DNA from: an uncultured Nitrososphaerota archaeon
GTDB lineage: Archaea; Thermoproteota; Nitrososphaeria; Nitrososphaerales; Gagatemarchaeaceae
Length of the DNA stretch: 64,000 nt
Reading direction: 5' to 3'
Assembly (NCBI GenBank): GCA_963718895.1
Contig: CAVRAG010000004.1
Location: forward strand, 32,001-96,000
In this document: piece by piece, positions 55,118 to 64,000 of the stretch
Position numbering within the stretch: the stretch's first letter is position 1
Layout: the number at the start of each line of letters is the position of its first letter
The notes under the pieces: model-generated
Seen by the model: the letters and a program-made list of their open reading frames with translations, nothing else
Told to the model about the DNA's origin: nothing
Database searches by the model: none
Program-made: the position numbers and the translations under genes

Positions 55118-55511
55118 TCAAGGTATCCTCTCCTTCGGTAAGTCAGAGGCCGTCTGGTTCCATCTCACGGCCATGAATGTCCCTGCAATGGTCATGCCAT
55201 AGATTCCAAAAGCGACAAGGAGATGGACCCAAGCGAGCAGGTCGCTCCCTGTACTGAGGGTCGCGAATCCGAGGACGATTTGCACAAGGATCGAACGCGA
55301 CAAGGCCGACAGACAACATCCTGAGCAGTCTGAATGCCGGTCGGACCATCCAGGCCACGACCAGCGTGGCTATCGCAAGGAGAAAGACGAGAAAGCCGAC
55401 TGCTATGTGAGGCGCTGCAGGAATGAAATCGAAAGTGAGCAGCCCTCCGAGCGCGAGCTGGGCGAAGACCACAATTCCTGTGATGCGGAAGAGAAGCTGG
55501 CCTGTCCTCAC
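55118..55511 (-). CDS. Four-TM membrane protein with two Q..LG...H repeats (CtaA/Cox15-half- or cytochrome-b-like; frameshifted)
   Basis: AQLALGG..PHIAVG and VQIVLGF..WVHLLVA. GTGA overlap with the upstream gene. Confidence 0.6.
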
Positions 55512-55975
55512 CGTGAAGCCCCCCTTGACGTCCCCCCGGGCGGCTCCGCAGCTCCCGCAGCTTCTGCTATCTTCTTGAGAGCGTTCTCTGTCGCTTTCGC
55601 TATCTGGTTCTTCACGATACCCTCGACGAACCCAGGCAGGCCGTTCAAGGTCAAGTCCCAGGTAACCTCGATTCTGGTCTGCCTGTCCCCTGTCGGAACG
55701 ACTAGAATGGTCCTCTCGCCTTTGATCTGGTCGCCCTCGAGTGACAGCTTGATTGTTCTCTTCTCGGGATCGAGGACGAGCCTCTGCCTTGTCCTCTGCG
55801 CAAAGGCCCTCGGTCCCACAGTGGCCTCCCGTTCGACCGTCGTGCCTTCGGTCTTGAGGACTCTCACGTCTCTGATGTTTCCCCAAAAGTCCCCCTCCCT
55901 TCGCCAGTCGACCAGAATCTGCCAGACCGTGCCGATGTCTGCTCGAGCTTCTTGAGTCGTGGTTATGATTACCAT
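55508..55975 (-). CDS. SRPBCC/START (polyketide cyclase-like) protein
   Basis: A.IGTVWQIL.DW....FW..I..V, ending in the helix ATENALKKI. Confidence 0.8.
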   Translation of the reverse strand: MVIITTTQEARADIGTVWQILVDWRREGDFWGNIRDVRVLKTEGTTVEREATVGPRAFAQRTRQRLVLDPEKRTIKLSLEGDQIKGERTILVVPTGDRQTRIEVTWDLTLNGLPGFVEGIVKNQIAKATENALKKIAEAAGAAEPPGGTSRGASR

Positions 55976-55986
55976 CCCGCTCTTAC

Positions 55987-56892
55987 CTACCCTGTTTTGG
56001 CCTGGGGTCGGTCGGATATGCTTGGTGTTACTGGCGGGGTAACAGCCGGCCTGGAGAAAGAGATCCCACCCAGCCGTCCGCCGTCTATTGGAACGACCGC
56101 GCCGGTGACGAACGAAGAGAGCTCGGAGCACAGCCAGACGACAACTTCGGCCACCTCCTCTCTGTTCCCTACGCGACCCAAGGGAACCGCAAACATGGCC
56201 TGATTCGGGGTTATCATCCCAGCCGTCCGTTCCGTCAGGATTGGACCCGGCGCGACCGCGTTGACTCTAATGTTCAGCTTCGCATAGTCCATGGCTGCCG
56301 CCTTCGTGAGCCCGATCACCGCATGCTTTCCGGCGACATACCCGGCGATGCCGTTCACACCCTGAAGGCCTGCGGTCGAAGACATGTTCACTATGGAACC
56401 ACCTCCCGTCTTCAGCATCGCTGGAATCTCGTACTTCATGCTCAAGAAGGTCCCCCCAGCATTCACCTTCAGTGCTTGGTCGAACTGCTCGACGTCAAGC
56501 TCGGCAAGGGGAGATGGCACGTGACCGCCGCCCGCGTTGTTGAACGCCGCGTCGAGTCGCCCGAACGTCCCCAGGGTGACGCTCACCAAGTTCTGCACTG
56601 ACCGAGGGTCGGTGACGTCGGTGGGCACGGAGAGAGAGTAGTCGCTTGAGGCGCATTCGTCCACGATTGACCGCCTCACTTCGTTCAGAGCGTCTTCATC
56701 TCTGGCGGCTAGCACGACCTTCGCTCCGGCCTTCGCGAATGCAGCTGCCGTTGCGGCCCCGATGCCGCGGCTCGCACCCGTCACTATCGCGACCTTGTCC
56801 TGAAGAAGCCCTTCGATGTTGCGAGGGAGCTTGAGTGGAGGAAGGACACCCTGTTCGCCCTGCACTTCCGCTGGGGTCGTTTGCAAATCCAC
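55987..56892 (-). CDS. Short-chain dehydrogenase/reductase (glucose-1-DH/FabG-like)
   Basis: TGASRGIG, NNAG, YVAGK (YxxxK), IRVNAVAPG, IDGG. Confidence 0.92.
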   Translation of the reverse strand: MDLQTTPAEVQGEQGVLPPLKLPRNIEGLLQDKVAIVTGASRGIGAATAAAFAKAGAKVVLAARDEDALNEVRRSIVDECASSDYSLSVPTDVTDPRSVQNLVSVTLGTFGRLDAAFNNAGGGHVPSPLAELDVEQFDQALKVNAGGTFLSMKYEIPAMLKTGGGSIVNMSSTAGLQGVNGIAGYVAGKHAVIGLTKAAAMDYAKLNIRVNAVAPGPILTERTAGMITPNQAMFAVPLGRVGNREEVAEVVVWLCSELSSFVTGAVVPIDGGRLGGISFSRPAVTPPVTPSISDRPQAKTG

Positions 56893-56898
56893 CCTCTC

Positions 56899-57287
56899 CT
56901 AACTCTGTGGGCGCTCCAGCTCCTTCCTCATCTCTTCGAATTGCTGCTGTGTGATCTCGCCCCTCGCGTACCTCTGCCTGAGCGTCTCGAGGGCCGGGTC
57001 ACTGGCCCCGCCATAGTACCAGCCTCCCCTCCCCCACCACCAGCCGCCCCAGAAGTACCAGCGCACGGCGAAGAAGACCAGGAAGAAGACCGGGATGATG
57101 AAGAAGAACCAGGGGACGGGAGACCACCAGAACCAGGGGTAGGTCGCACCGGTGGCAGAAGGAGCGGAGGGGACTCCTATGTACAGCTCAACACCTACGA
57201 ATGTCGCTATCAGGCCCACTGCAGCGAGCAGCGGTACGAACACCCATCTGCGCGATGAATGGGGCTTTGTTTCTTGATACGTTCCAT
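56899..57287 (-). CDS. SHOCT-domain membrane protein
   Basis: Two TM helices, W/G-rich linker, ALETLRQRYARGEITQQQFEEMRKEL. Confidence 0.85.
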
Positions 57288-57360
57288 TTCACCTGTCGAG
57301 CATCGAATTCCCAAAATCTAATATCTGTGGTGTTACCCTGGCGGTAACAGCGAAGTAAGC

Positions 57361-58182
57361 ATGGCGGCGATGGAGCACCTAATCAGGCTCGGTCTCAACA
57401 TGAACGAGGCGAAAGCTCTGGACGCACTGATCACCCTTGGTCCCTCTGGGGCTTCAGATGTACACAGGCACGCTGGGATACCAAGGAACAAGGCATACGA
57501 AGTGCTCGAGCGGCTAGCCGCCAAGGGCATGGTCGAAGTGCAGAACGGGCATCCTATCCTTTACAGGGCTGTCGGCGCCAAGACTATCATTGAATCGCTC
57601 ACGGAGACCTACGGAACCGAGGCTAAGGAGGCTCTAGTCGCACTCGAGAAGGAGGAACAACTCTCGGAGGCAAGCGATTACGACGACACGACCTCTGTCT
57701 GGGTCGTGAGAGGGGAGAATGGGATCAGGAGGCGCCTGGCGGAACTCGTGTATGATGCTAAGGAGGACATCTTCTATGTGGGCGGATATCCGCCGAAGTA
57801 CCCTCTGCTCGTGAAGACGGCGCTCAAGGCCGTAGCGAAGAAGGGCGTTAACGCGAGAGTGGTCTGCATGATACGGCCAACCGAAGATGTCAAGGAGGTA
57901 TCTGCAGATGATGGCTCGGTCATAGAGTTCAGGACGGTCAAGTCGTCCGGAACGCTTAGCATTAGGATCCAGCCCTACGATGAGAAGATCGTGGGGGGTT
58001 TTGCTGGCATGTCGGGGCTTGGAGGGATGGCGATAATCGACGAGTCTATTGCGTTCGACATTGTCGATGATGCCAAGGGTCCAAAAAGTGCTGTAGGCAT
58101 AGTCTTCAAGGCACCGGGCATTCCTCGTATCCAGAAGGCGACCGTCGAAAGGGTACTGGCGTTGTACACTAGGAAGCTCTGA
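57361..58182 (+). CDS. TrmB family transcriptional regulator
   Basis: LGL..NEAK...L..G..A..V...GIPRNKAYEVL.RL..KG.VE..P..YRA, then VWVVRG. Confidence 0.9.
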   Translation: MAAMEHLIRLGLNMNEAKALDALITLGPSGASDVHRHAGIPRNKAYEVLERLAAKGMVEVQNGHPILYRAVGAKTIIESLTETYGTEAKEALVALEKEEQLSEASDYDDTTSVWVVRGENGIRRRLAELVYDAKEDIFYVGGYPPKYPLLVKTALKAVAKKGVNARVVCMIRPTEDVKEVSADDGSVIEFRTVKSSGTLSIRIQPYDEKIVGGFAGMSGLGGMAIIDESIAFDIVDDAKGPKSAVGIVFKAPGIPRIQKATVERVLALYTRKL

Positions 58183-58327
58183 ACAGGCCCTAGAAGCCGC
58201 GGATGTCTGGCAGCGCCTGAGGAGAGGAGGCCTGTGATAGCACGGTCACCGGCGTCTATCACTGCGAGAACTATCGGTTCCCGAGTTCTACTCATATTCG
58301 GATATCGAAGTGGATCAATGAAAATGT

Positions 58328-58759
58328 CTACGTGTCCATTAGGAAGCTAAGTTCGATCTTGAAGGGATGTTTCTTCAGTTCTTCGTCAAGCTCCTTCTCG
58401 TGCCTCGCGAATAGCACGGGGATGGAGAGGGTCTCTCCCGCCGCTATTGTGATACAGTCCACAACGGAGATGGCCCGATCACATTTCATCCTGGCCGCGG
58501 CTTCCAGAAACGCTTGAACTTCATGCACTTTGAAGTAACCAGACTCCCGGATCGAATTGGCCACGCTCTCGGCTTTCGCCCACCCTTCCCTTCTGCAGCT
58601 GAGGTAGCTTAGCTCTAAGAGGTTCAACTCGGTAGTGTGTGGTACGAGGCTTCCGCTTTCCAGCCTGGCTTTCAAGGCGAGCGCAGACTTCGATCCCCTG
58701 ACCATCTCAATCAATACTCCGGTGTCAAAGATTATACTTTCGCTTGGTTCTTCGCTCAT
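58328..58759 (-). CDS. PIN-domain (VapC-like) toxin
   Basis: IIFDTGVLIE, NLLEL, ISVVDC..IA. Confidence 0.85.
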   Translation of the reverse strand: MSEEPSESIIFDTGVLIEMVRGSKSALALKARLESGSLVPHTTELNLLELSYLSCRREGWAKAESVANSIRESGYFKVHEVQAFLEAAARMKCDRAISVVDCITIAAGETLSIPVLFARHEKELDEELKKHPFKIELSFLMDT

Positions 58760-58982
58760 CTCTCGCTCTCTCCTCACTAAGGTCTTCTAGCCTGAGACTG
58801 GGCACGGCACCGAAGAGGAAAGACAACATCTCCGGCCTGCGCCTTCCGGTGCGCAACAGATGCTTTATCGCCTCATCGAGGTCGACCCTTCGCCCCTCGC
58901 GAGCCTGCAGGGACCCAGCGATACGGACGAGTTCTTCCTTGGTCTCCTTCGAAATTTTGATCGTTTCTGACACCTTTTCCAC
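58725..58982 (-). CDS. VapB-like antitoxin (RHH-type)
   Basis: TIKIS.ETK..L......GRRV.LDEAI..LL; overlaps the PIN gene. Confidence 0.8.
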   Translation of the reverse strand: MEKVSETIKISKETKEELVRIAGSLQAREGRRVDLDEAIKHLLRTGRRRPEMLSFLFGAVPSLRLEDLSEERARDERRTKRKYNL

Positions 58983-59350
58983 TTGGTAGAGAAGGTGTAG
59001 ACTGCGCTATAAGTCTTAGGCTGCTCGGAGGCGACGAGCGACTCATATCCAATCGCCCGCGCCCGGCTCGCCGAGCTCTACCTATCCAAGGATATCTGAC
59101 TAGATGTCGAAGTAGAGGTGGGAGTTAGGTTCCATCTGTCCGCTGCTCACAAGGGACAGAGAGCGTGAGGTGACGTCACGGCTGCGCTCTCCGTTCTAGG
59201 GTGGCGGGAAGAATTGGTCTACAGTACCGACTGGGATTAGCGGCCCGCGATAGTAGGCAGGTACTTGATGAGAATTAATACGATTGACATGGCGACCCAT
59301 GTGAGTACCACTATCCGCAATGTTTCTTATAAGATGTGGACTCGATCTAC

Positions 59351-60090
59351 TCACTTCCACTTCGTGAGTATCTCTTCCCTCTTGAAGGTGGTTATGCTCA
59401 GATAGAAAAGAAGCAGGTCGGCGACCAGGAAGATACCGGACATGATGAGCAGATTGATTGTAGTCAATGGTATCACGCCTATCTCGGTCATCACGTAGAT
59501 GACGATGAAGGGGAGGAACATCACTCCGGTGAACTGCTGTACGCTTCGAACGTCATTGGCGCGTGCGGAAAGGATGACGGTCAACTCGATTGAGAGTATG
59601 CTCGCGAGCGGTGCGAGGAGGAGGAGGGTCACCCCGAAGCTCCAGTTGGGATAGTAGAGATACCCCAGCCCGGCATGAGTGATTAGATCCATCAGGACCA
59701 TGAAGACTACCGAGCTAGCCCAGATCGCGGCAATCGGCGGGACGAATGAAGCGATGCTCTTTCCCAGCAGAATCTCACTGTCCGTCATGGGTGTCGCAAG
59801 GAGAGGTTCGAGGCTCTTCTGGAGCTTCTCGCCTACTATGCTGTACGAGGCAATTCCAGTTGGGAGACTCGCGGCTCCAATCACAAACCAAAAGGAAAAC
59901 GCGTTCAAAAACGGCAAGACAGACGCGTTTATGGCTCTGCGCCAACAACGCTATCGATTGCAACAAGTATCCCGGGAAATCCCAAGGCAATACCGAGCGG
60001 GAAAGCTATCGTAGCGTAGATTACGCCCCTCCTCTTCTTGAAGGTCTCGAAGTCCTTCGATGCGACCGACCAGGCGTTTTGCAGGTCCAA
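59351..60090 (-). CDS. ABC-2 permease (frameshifted)
   Basis: AWSVASKDF, SIVGEKLQKSLEPLLATPMTDSEILLGK. Confidence 0.85.
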
Positions 60091-60095
60091 TTCTA

Positions 60096-61027
60096 TCACT
60101 GGCTCCTGACCAGCTTCAGGTACACGTCTTCCAGGGTCGCGCCCGCCTCGGCAACGGATTGGACACGGCCGCCAGCAGCGAAGATTGCGTTCAAGATGTC
60201 GGGAACATCTTTCTCAGGATTATCGACACTTATCATGAGCTTGTTACCTTCCACCGCTTCGACACTGCCCTTTCCGACCCTCCTCGCTGCGGATATGATC
60301 GCATCGTTGACGCTCTCAAGCTTGACCACGGTCTTCCTTCCGCTGATTGATCGTTCGAGTTCGGCAGGTGTGCCGAGAGCCATCAGCTTGGTGTTCAGTA
60401 TCGCAATCCTGTCGCATATCCTCTGGGCCTCGTCGAGATTGTGCGTGTTCAGGAAGATGGTCTTCTTCTCCTTCTTCAGGTCGAGGATGAAGTCCCTGAC
60501 CGTCTTCGATGCTTCAGGGTCCAGGTTGGCGGTAGGCTCGTCCATGAAGAGCAGTTGAGGGTCATGAATCAACGCGCGAGCTATGGCAAGTTTCTGCTTC
60601 ATGCCTTTGGAGAAGGTTCCTGCCGCTACGTCTTTCTTCTCCCACAGTCCCAGCAGCTTGAGAAAATACTCTATTCTCTCTCTCCTCTTCGCTTCATCGA
60701 CCTTGTAGTACCTGCCATAGAAATCCAGGTTCTTGTAGGCGCTGAGCTCCTCGTACAGACCCACATTGTCTGGAACAAGTCCGATCATCCTCCTGATTTT
60801 TGGTTGGTCTGAGCTATTCCCGATGTCGTATTCGCCCTATCTTGGCGGTGCCGCTCGTCTTCGATATCAGACACGCCAGCATCCGTATGGTGGTGGTCTT
60901 TCCAGCGCCGTTGGGGCCGAGAAACCCAAAGACCTCGCCTTCATCCACATGGAGCGTCAGGTTATCAACCGCAATCAGGTCGCCGAATCTTTTTGTGAGG
61001 TTCTCAGCATCTATCAGGCTAGGTCAA
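60096..61027 (-). CDS. ABC transporter ATP-binding protein (frameshifted)
   Basis: [12 protein letters not shown] (re-read), [18 protein letters not shown]. Confidence 0.9.
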
Positions 61028-61202
61028 ACCCCATCGTATTCCCCATATACGCGCCACCCAAGCCAGCGCAATTGTAAATTATATTGAACGACCGCCACGG
61101 GAGTCGGGGCGTATCCTGGTATGGACAATTTAGAGTGTTCGCCGATGTACAAAATTTGTGCATTGACAGCCTCGTGGCCGAAGTGATGAGGGTCCTGAGA
61201 AG

Positions 61203-61881
61203 ATGATTGAGGACTCGGCCATCACGCCCGAAGAGGTCAGGGCCGTCGGGCAAAAGGTGCTCGCAATAGAACGGGTAGTCCTCAGGAGGGCGTGGGGATT
61301 GGCCTACGCCATCACCGCTGCGGAGTTGCTCCTGAGGCTTGTCCTCCCTGTCTCGAGCTATGAGCTCGGCCTCTCGGCCGTTGTCAGCATCACCGGGAAC
61401 ATTGTCTTCCAAACCATGATTGCGCTCGCCGGGTTCGCAGTCTGGATATGGATCTTCAGGCGCGTCTATGTTCTGAGATTCGTCAGAAGGTCAATCCTGG
61501 GTTCGTTCTGGACTTGGGGCTTGAGACCCATCCCCGCGCTGTTGGTCTTCGCGCGTAGCATACGCCGGGTTGATTGCGGCGCTCACGTTCCTTCCTTCGA
61601 ACTTCGCGACCATCCTGTTCGGGCTCGCTGCCGCGCAGACACCGCTGTTCTACTACTCCCTGAAAATCTCATTCCCAGAAGGCCTGCCGCGTGAAGGCGT
61701 GGCCGCGCTCCTTGCCTTTGGTGGTGCAGCGATCGCTACCGTCTTCGTGACCATCTCTCCGCTCGTGAGTAACTTCATCCCCTATCTGGCTCTCTGGGGA
61801 TTCGCCTCCATAGTCCTTCTTCTTGCCTTTCTGTACACTCGTTCGGTGAGACTTCCCGAACCTCCGAAGGAGACCCCCTGA
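61203..61881 (+). CDS. Multi-pass membrane protein (frameshifted near 61555)
   Basis: Two adjoining hydrophobic ORFs, 61203-61694 and 61570-61881. Confidence 0.6.
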
Positions 61882-61882
61882 A

Positions 61883-62230
61883 TTGGTGAACAAGAAGGAG
61901 GAACCCGGTGACCCCCAGAGCATCAAACGGACGACCATGGACCTGCTCAACGAGCAGTTGGGTGACCCGTCTCTTAGATCCTCCACTAGGATATTGATCT
62001 TGATGCTGCTCTCAGTCCACAAGAAGATGGGCTTTGTCGAGCTGCTGCGCTTCACAGGTCTGGGAAGGAGCAGCCTTGGAAATCACTTGAGCAAACTCGA
62101 AGCGGCAGGATACGTCAGGACTAGAATGGTCAAATCGTTCCTCGGCAGGAGACAGGTAATCGAGATAACACAGAAAGGCCTTGAAGAATGCCGGACGTTA
62201 CTGCAAAGGATTCAGAGCATCGATGTCTAG
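61883..62230 (+). CDS. Winged-helix (MarR/ArsR-like) transcriptional regulator
   Basis: R..IL..L......F.EL...GL..SSL.NHL.KLE.AGYV..ITQKG. Confidence 0.85.
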   Translation: MVNKKEEPGDPQSIKRTTMDLLNEQLGDPSLRSSTRILILMLLSVHKKMGFVELLRFTGLGRSSLGNHLSKLEAAGYVRTRMVKSFLGRRQVIEITQKGLEECRTLLQRIQSIDV

Positions 62231-62364
62231 ACCCCGCGTCAGACCACCCGAGATTGTTCTTGGACACAATTTCAGGATTCAGATTCCCGTCGGGTCCGCC
62301 TCCGTTCGGGTCCGTACGAAGAAAGAGTTATAATCCTATTTGTTCAATAGGATTTCGGGTTCAC

Positions 62365-62619
62365 TTGAAAGCAAAGGTGGCAAGGCGGTACCAGATTACG
62401 ATTCCCGAGGAGGTAAGGGAGGAAGTGGGGATCAATGTGGGTGACCTCGTCGATGTTACGAGCCACGGAGGAAGGGTTGTGATTGAAAAGGTCGGAGGGA
62501 ACTGGGACGAAGTAATGAGGGAGACCAAGGGCGCTTGGAAATCTCATCCTGCTTTTGCTGATATGAAGGACTCGGTTGAGATAACCCATTGGCTCAGAAA
62601 TCCGCGCATGAAAAGATGA
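62365..62619 (+). CDS. AbrB/MazE-family antitoxin
   Basis: KV.RRYQITIPEEVREE.GI..GD.V; TTATAA box at 62328-62333. Confidence 0.9.
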   Translation: MKAKVARRYQITIPEEVREEVGINVGDLVDVTSHGGRVVIEKVGGNWDEVMRETKGAWKSHPAFADMKDSVEITHWLRNPRMKR

Positions 62620-63053
62620 CGACGCTGTCGCTGGACACCAGCGTCCTTATCAGTCATTTGCGTGGAGACAAGTTCGCTGAAGAGACCGATTCATTCCTGC
62701 GAAGAGCCATCCAGAGCAAGACACAGCTGGTCATCCCGGACGTAGTCTACGCGGAACTTTACACCGGAATCTTTCTGGCCTCGGACCCTAAGGCCGAAGA
62801 GGCCAAGGTTCAAAACTTCCTCGGAATCAACAACATAGAAGTCAGGACCTCCAGGTCGTTGAAAATCGTCAAGAGAGCAGGTGAGCTCTATTCGAAGAAG
62901 CTGAGAGGACAAGGCGGAGTTCAGAGGATTCTTCCCGATTTCCTGATTGCAGCTCAAGCAGAGGCGACCTCGGAGGGATTCGTTACGTGGAACAGGGAGG
63001 ACTACGAGGGTCTCGGGTTACGGATTCGCGTCCTCCGACCAAACGAAGCGTAG
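62616..63053 (+). CDS. PIN-domain (VapC-like) toxin
   Basis: LDTSVLI, VYAEL, PDFLIAAQA, TWN..D; ATGA overlap with the antitoxin. Confidence 0.9.
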   Translation: MTTLSLDTSVLISHLRGDKFAEETDSFLRRAIQSKTQLVIPDVVYAELYTGIFLASDPKAEEAKVQNFLGINNIEVRTSRSLKIVKRAGELYSKKLRGQGGVQRILPDFLIAAQAEATSEGFVTWNREDYEGLGLRIRVLRPNEA

Positions 63054-63660
63054 TTTCTTTTGCGAGTATTGTCCCATCGGAGGCGTGGAGGACGGTGCGT
63101 TAGCCCGTGATCGTGTTGCCATCCTGGTTCACGGAGTTCACCATTTCGCCTAAGTGTCGCAAGCGTCTGTCCAAGTCTCACCAGCCTCGCCACCCATTGC
63201 TAGCAAAATCAATCCTCAGATCACAAGAACTACGAGAGAAGATTCCATTACTGAGTCTTGATGAACGGGACGGCTTTGTCGAAGAGTTCCTGAAGCTTTG
63301 GACTATCAACGGCCACCCAGACGACCCTATCGTTTCTGTCAATCTTCCGCCGACGCTCACGATCAGGGTCCCAGTATCCTGTCATCTATTCATCACCAAG
63401 CTGACGGAAGGAGGGGATGTGCAACGGCGCAGGCGGAGAGGCTCTCTCGAAGGAAGACATGGGCTCTCGAGTTCATTCGGCTCTCCTCGACCTCAAAAGC
63501 TGCAGCCAGACACTAGTCTTCCCACGAGATTGGTGGCTGGAATCTCGTCTCGTTCTCTCTCGAGCACTTCCTTAGGGCGAGTGTCGTGAGATTTCGGCCG
63601 CCCATACGTCGAGGCCGCGGAGCTGACCCCGCGTGCATGAGGCTCAGCTTCCAGCTTAAC

Positions 63661-63723
63661 CCTACCTACCATATCGGTAGGATGTAGCGGTAGAGTTATA
63701 AGCATTCCTACTATGTAGGTAGG
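63661..63723. promoter_or_regulatory. Nested CCTAC/GTAGG palindromes flanking a TTATAA box
   Basis: CCTACC-ATATC-GGTAGG at 63665-63681, CCTAC-TAT-GTAGG at 63707-63719, TATA box at 63696-63701. Confidence 0.55.
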
Positions 63724-63725
63724 TG

Positions 63726-64000
63726 ATGGCAGATGTCACTGTGAAGGTGGCCACGCTGGAGCTGCTCGAGAGAGAGCCGAAGCGCTATTCTGACCTGGTC
63801 AGAGAACTGGGAAGGCCCGACAAGACGGTCTACGTCACTCTGGCAGCCCTCTCCGACTCGAAGTACATCTCCAAGGACGGTGAGGGTCGGTACATCATTA
63901 CGGACACCGGAAGGCGCGAGCTTGAGAGAGCAAGATTCGTCAGACTCGCCGAGGAGGAGGACGACCTCGGGATCATCCTGAACACGAAGATGGCGATTGC
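63726..64000 (+). CDS. Winged-helix DNA-binding protein (runs off the window; absent from the ORF track)
   Basis: MADVTVKVATLELLEREPKRYSDLVRELGRPDKTVYVTL..L....YI..Y.IT..G. Confidence 0.75.
   Translation, partial: MADVTVKVATLELLEREPKRYSDLVRELGRPDKTVYVTLAALSDSKYISKDGEGRYIITDTGRRELERARFVRLAEEEDDLGIILNTKMAI

Noticed and set aside
63248-63385. 45-aa minus-strand ORF MTGYWDPDRERRRKIDRNDRVVWVAVDSPKLQELFDKAVPFIKTQ
   Set aside because: Plausible composition, but no motif, promoter or context to support a call.

Overview
High-GC archaeal DNA. TrmB and Tfx regulators, an AglH/GPT-type transferase, a DUF1616-like gene, TATA boxes and PEF-like C-terminal anchors point to a Thermoproteota/TACK archaeon, plausibly a non-ammonia-oxidising Nitrososphaerota; this taxonomy is inference. 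Many genes at ~2.5-30.6 kb and ~48-62 kb are broken by single-base indels, probably long-read errors, so coordinates there are for manually re-joined genes. Layout: (i) 1-6 kb, the end of a surface protein plus a more AT-rich sugar-modification islet (FkbM, WecB, GT4, GT2). (ii) 6.1-35.4 kb, a ~29-kb minus-strand cell-surface glycan cluster with an initiating GlcNAc-1-P transferase, five GT4s, a GT2, two epimerases, two deacetylases, an acetyltransferase, a two-domain oxidoreductase and an ABC-2 exporter. It also has unusual accessory genes: a DUF354-winged-helix fusion, an exosortase-like protein apparently lacking its catalytic core, a V4R-like membrane protein and a giant anchored GH42-like protein. 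(iii) 35.5-46.4 kb, intact genes: CoA-transferase, a CuA-like cupredoxin / Cys-Cys membrane protein / Met-rich polyferredoxin module, Tfx, Tag glycosylase, radical SAM and ClC. (iv) 46.4-54.2 kb, an accessory region with tRNA-end-like repeats, an NHL surface protein, gene remnants, and a secreted pair (phage-tail-like subunit plus an anchor with five 18-aa repeats). (v) 54.5-64 kb, a TrmB-linked SDR/SRPBCC operon, two VapBC-type toxin-antitoxin pairs, an ABC-2 pair and HTH regulators. I saw no CRISPR array, rRNA, complete tRNA, integrase or transposase. Family calls come from motif recognition by eye; no searches were run.
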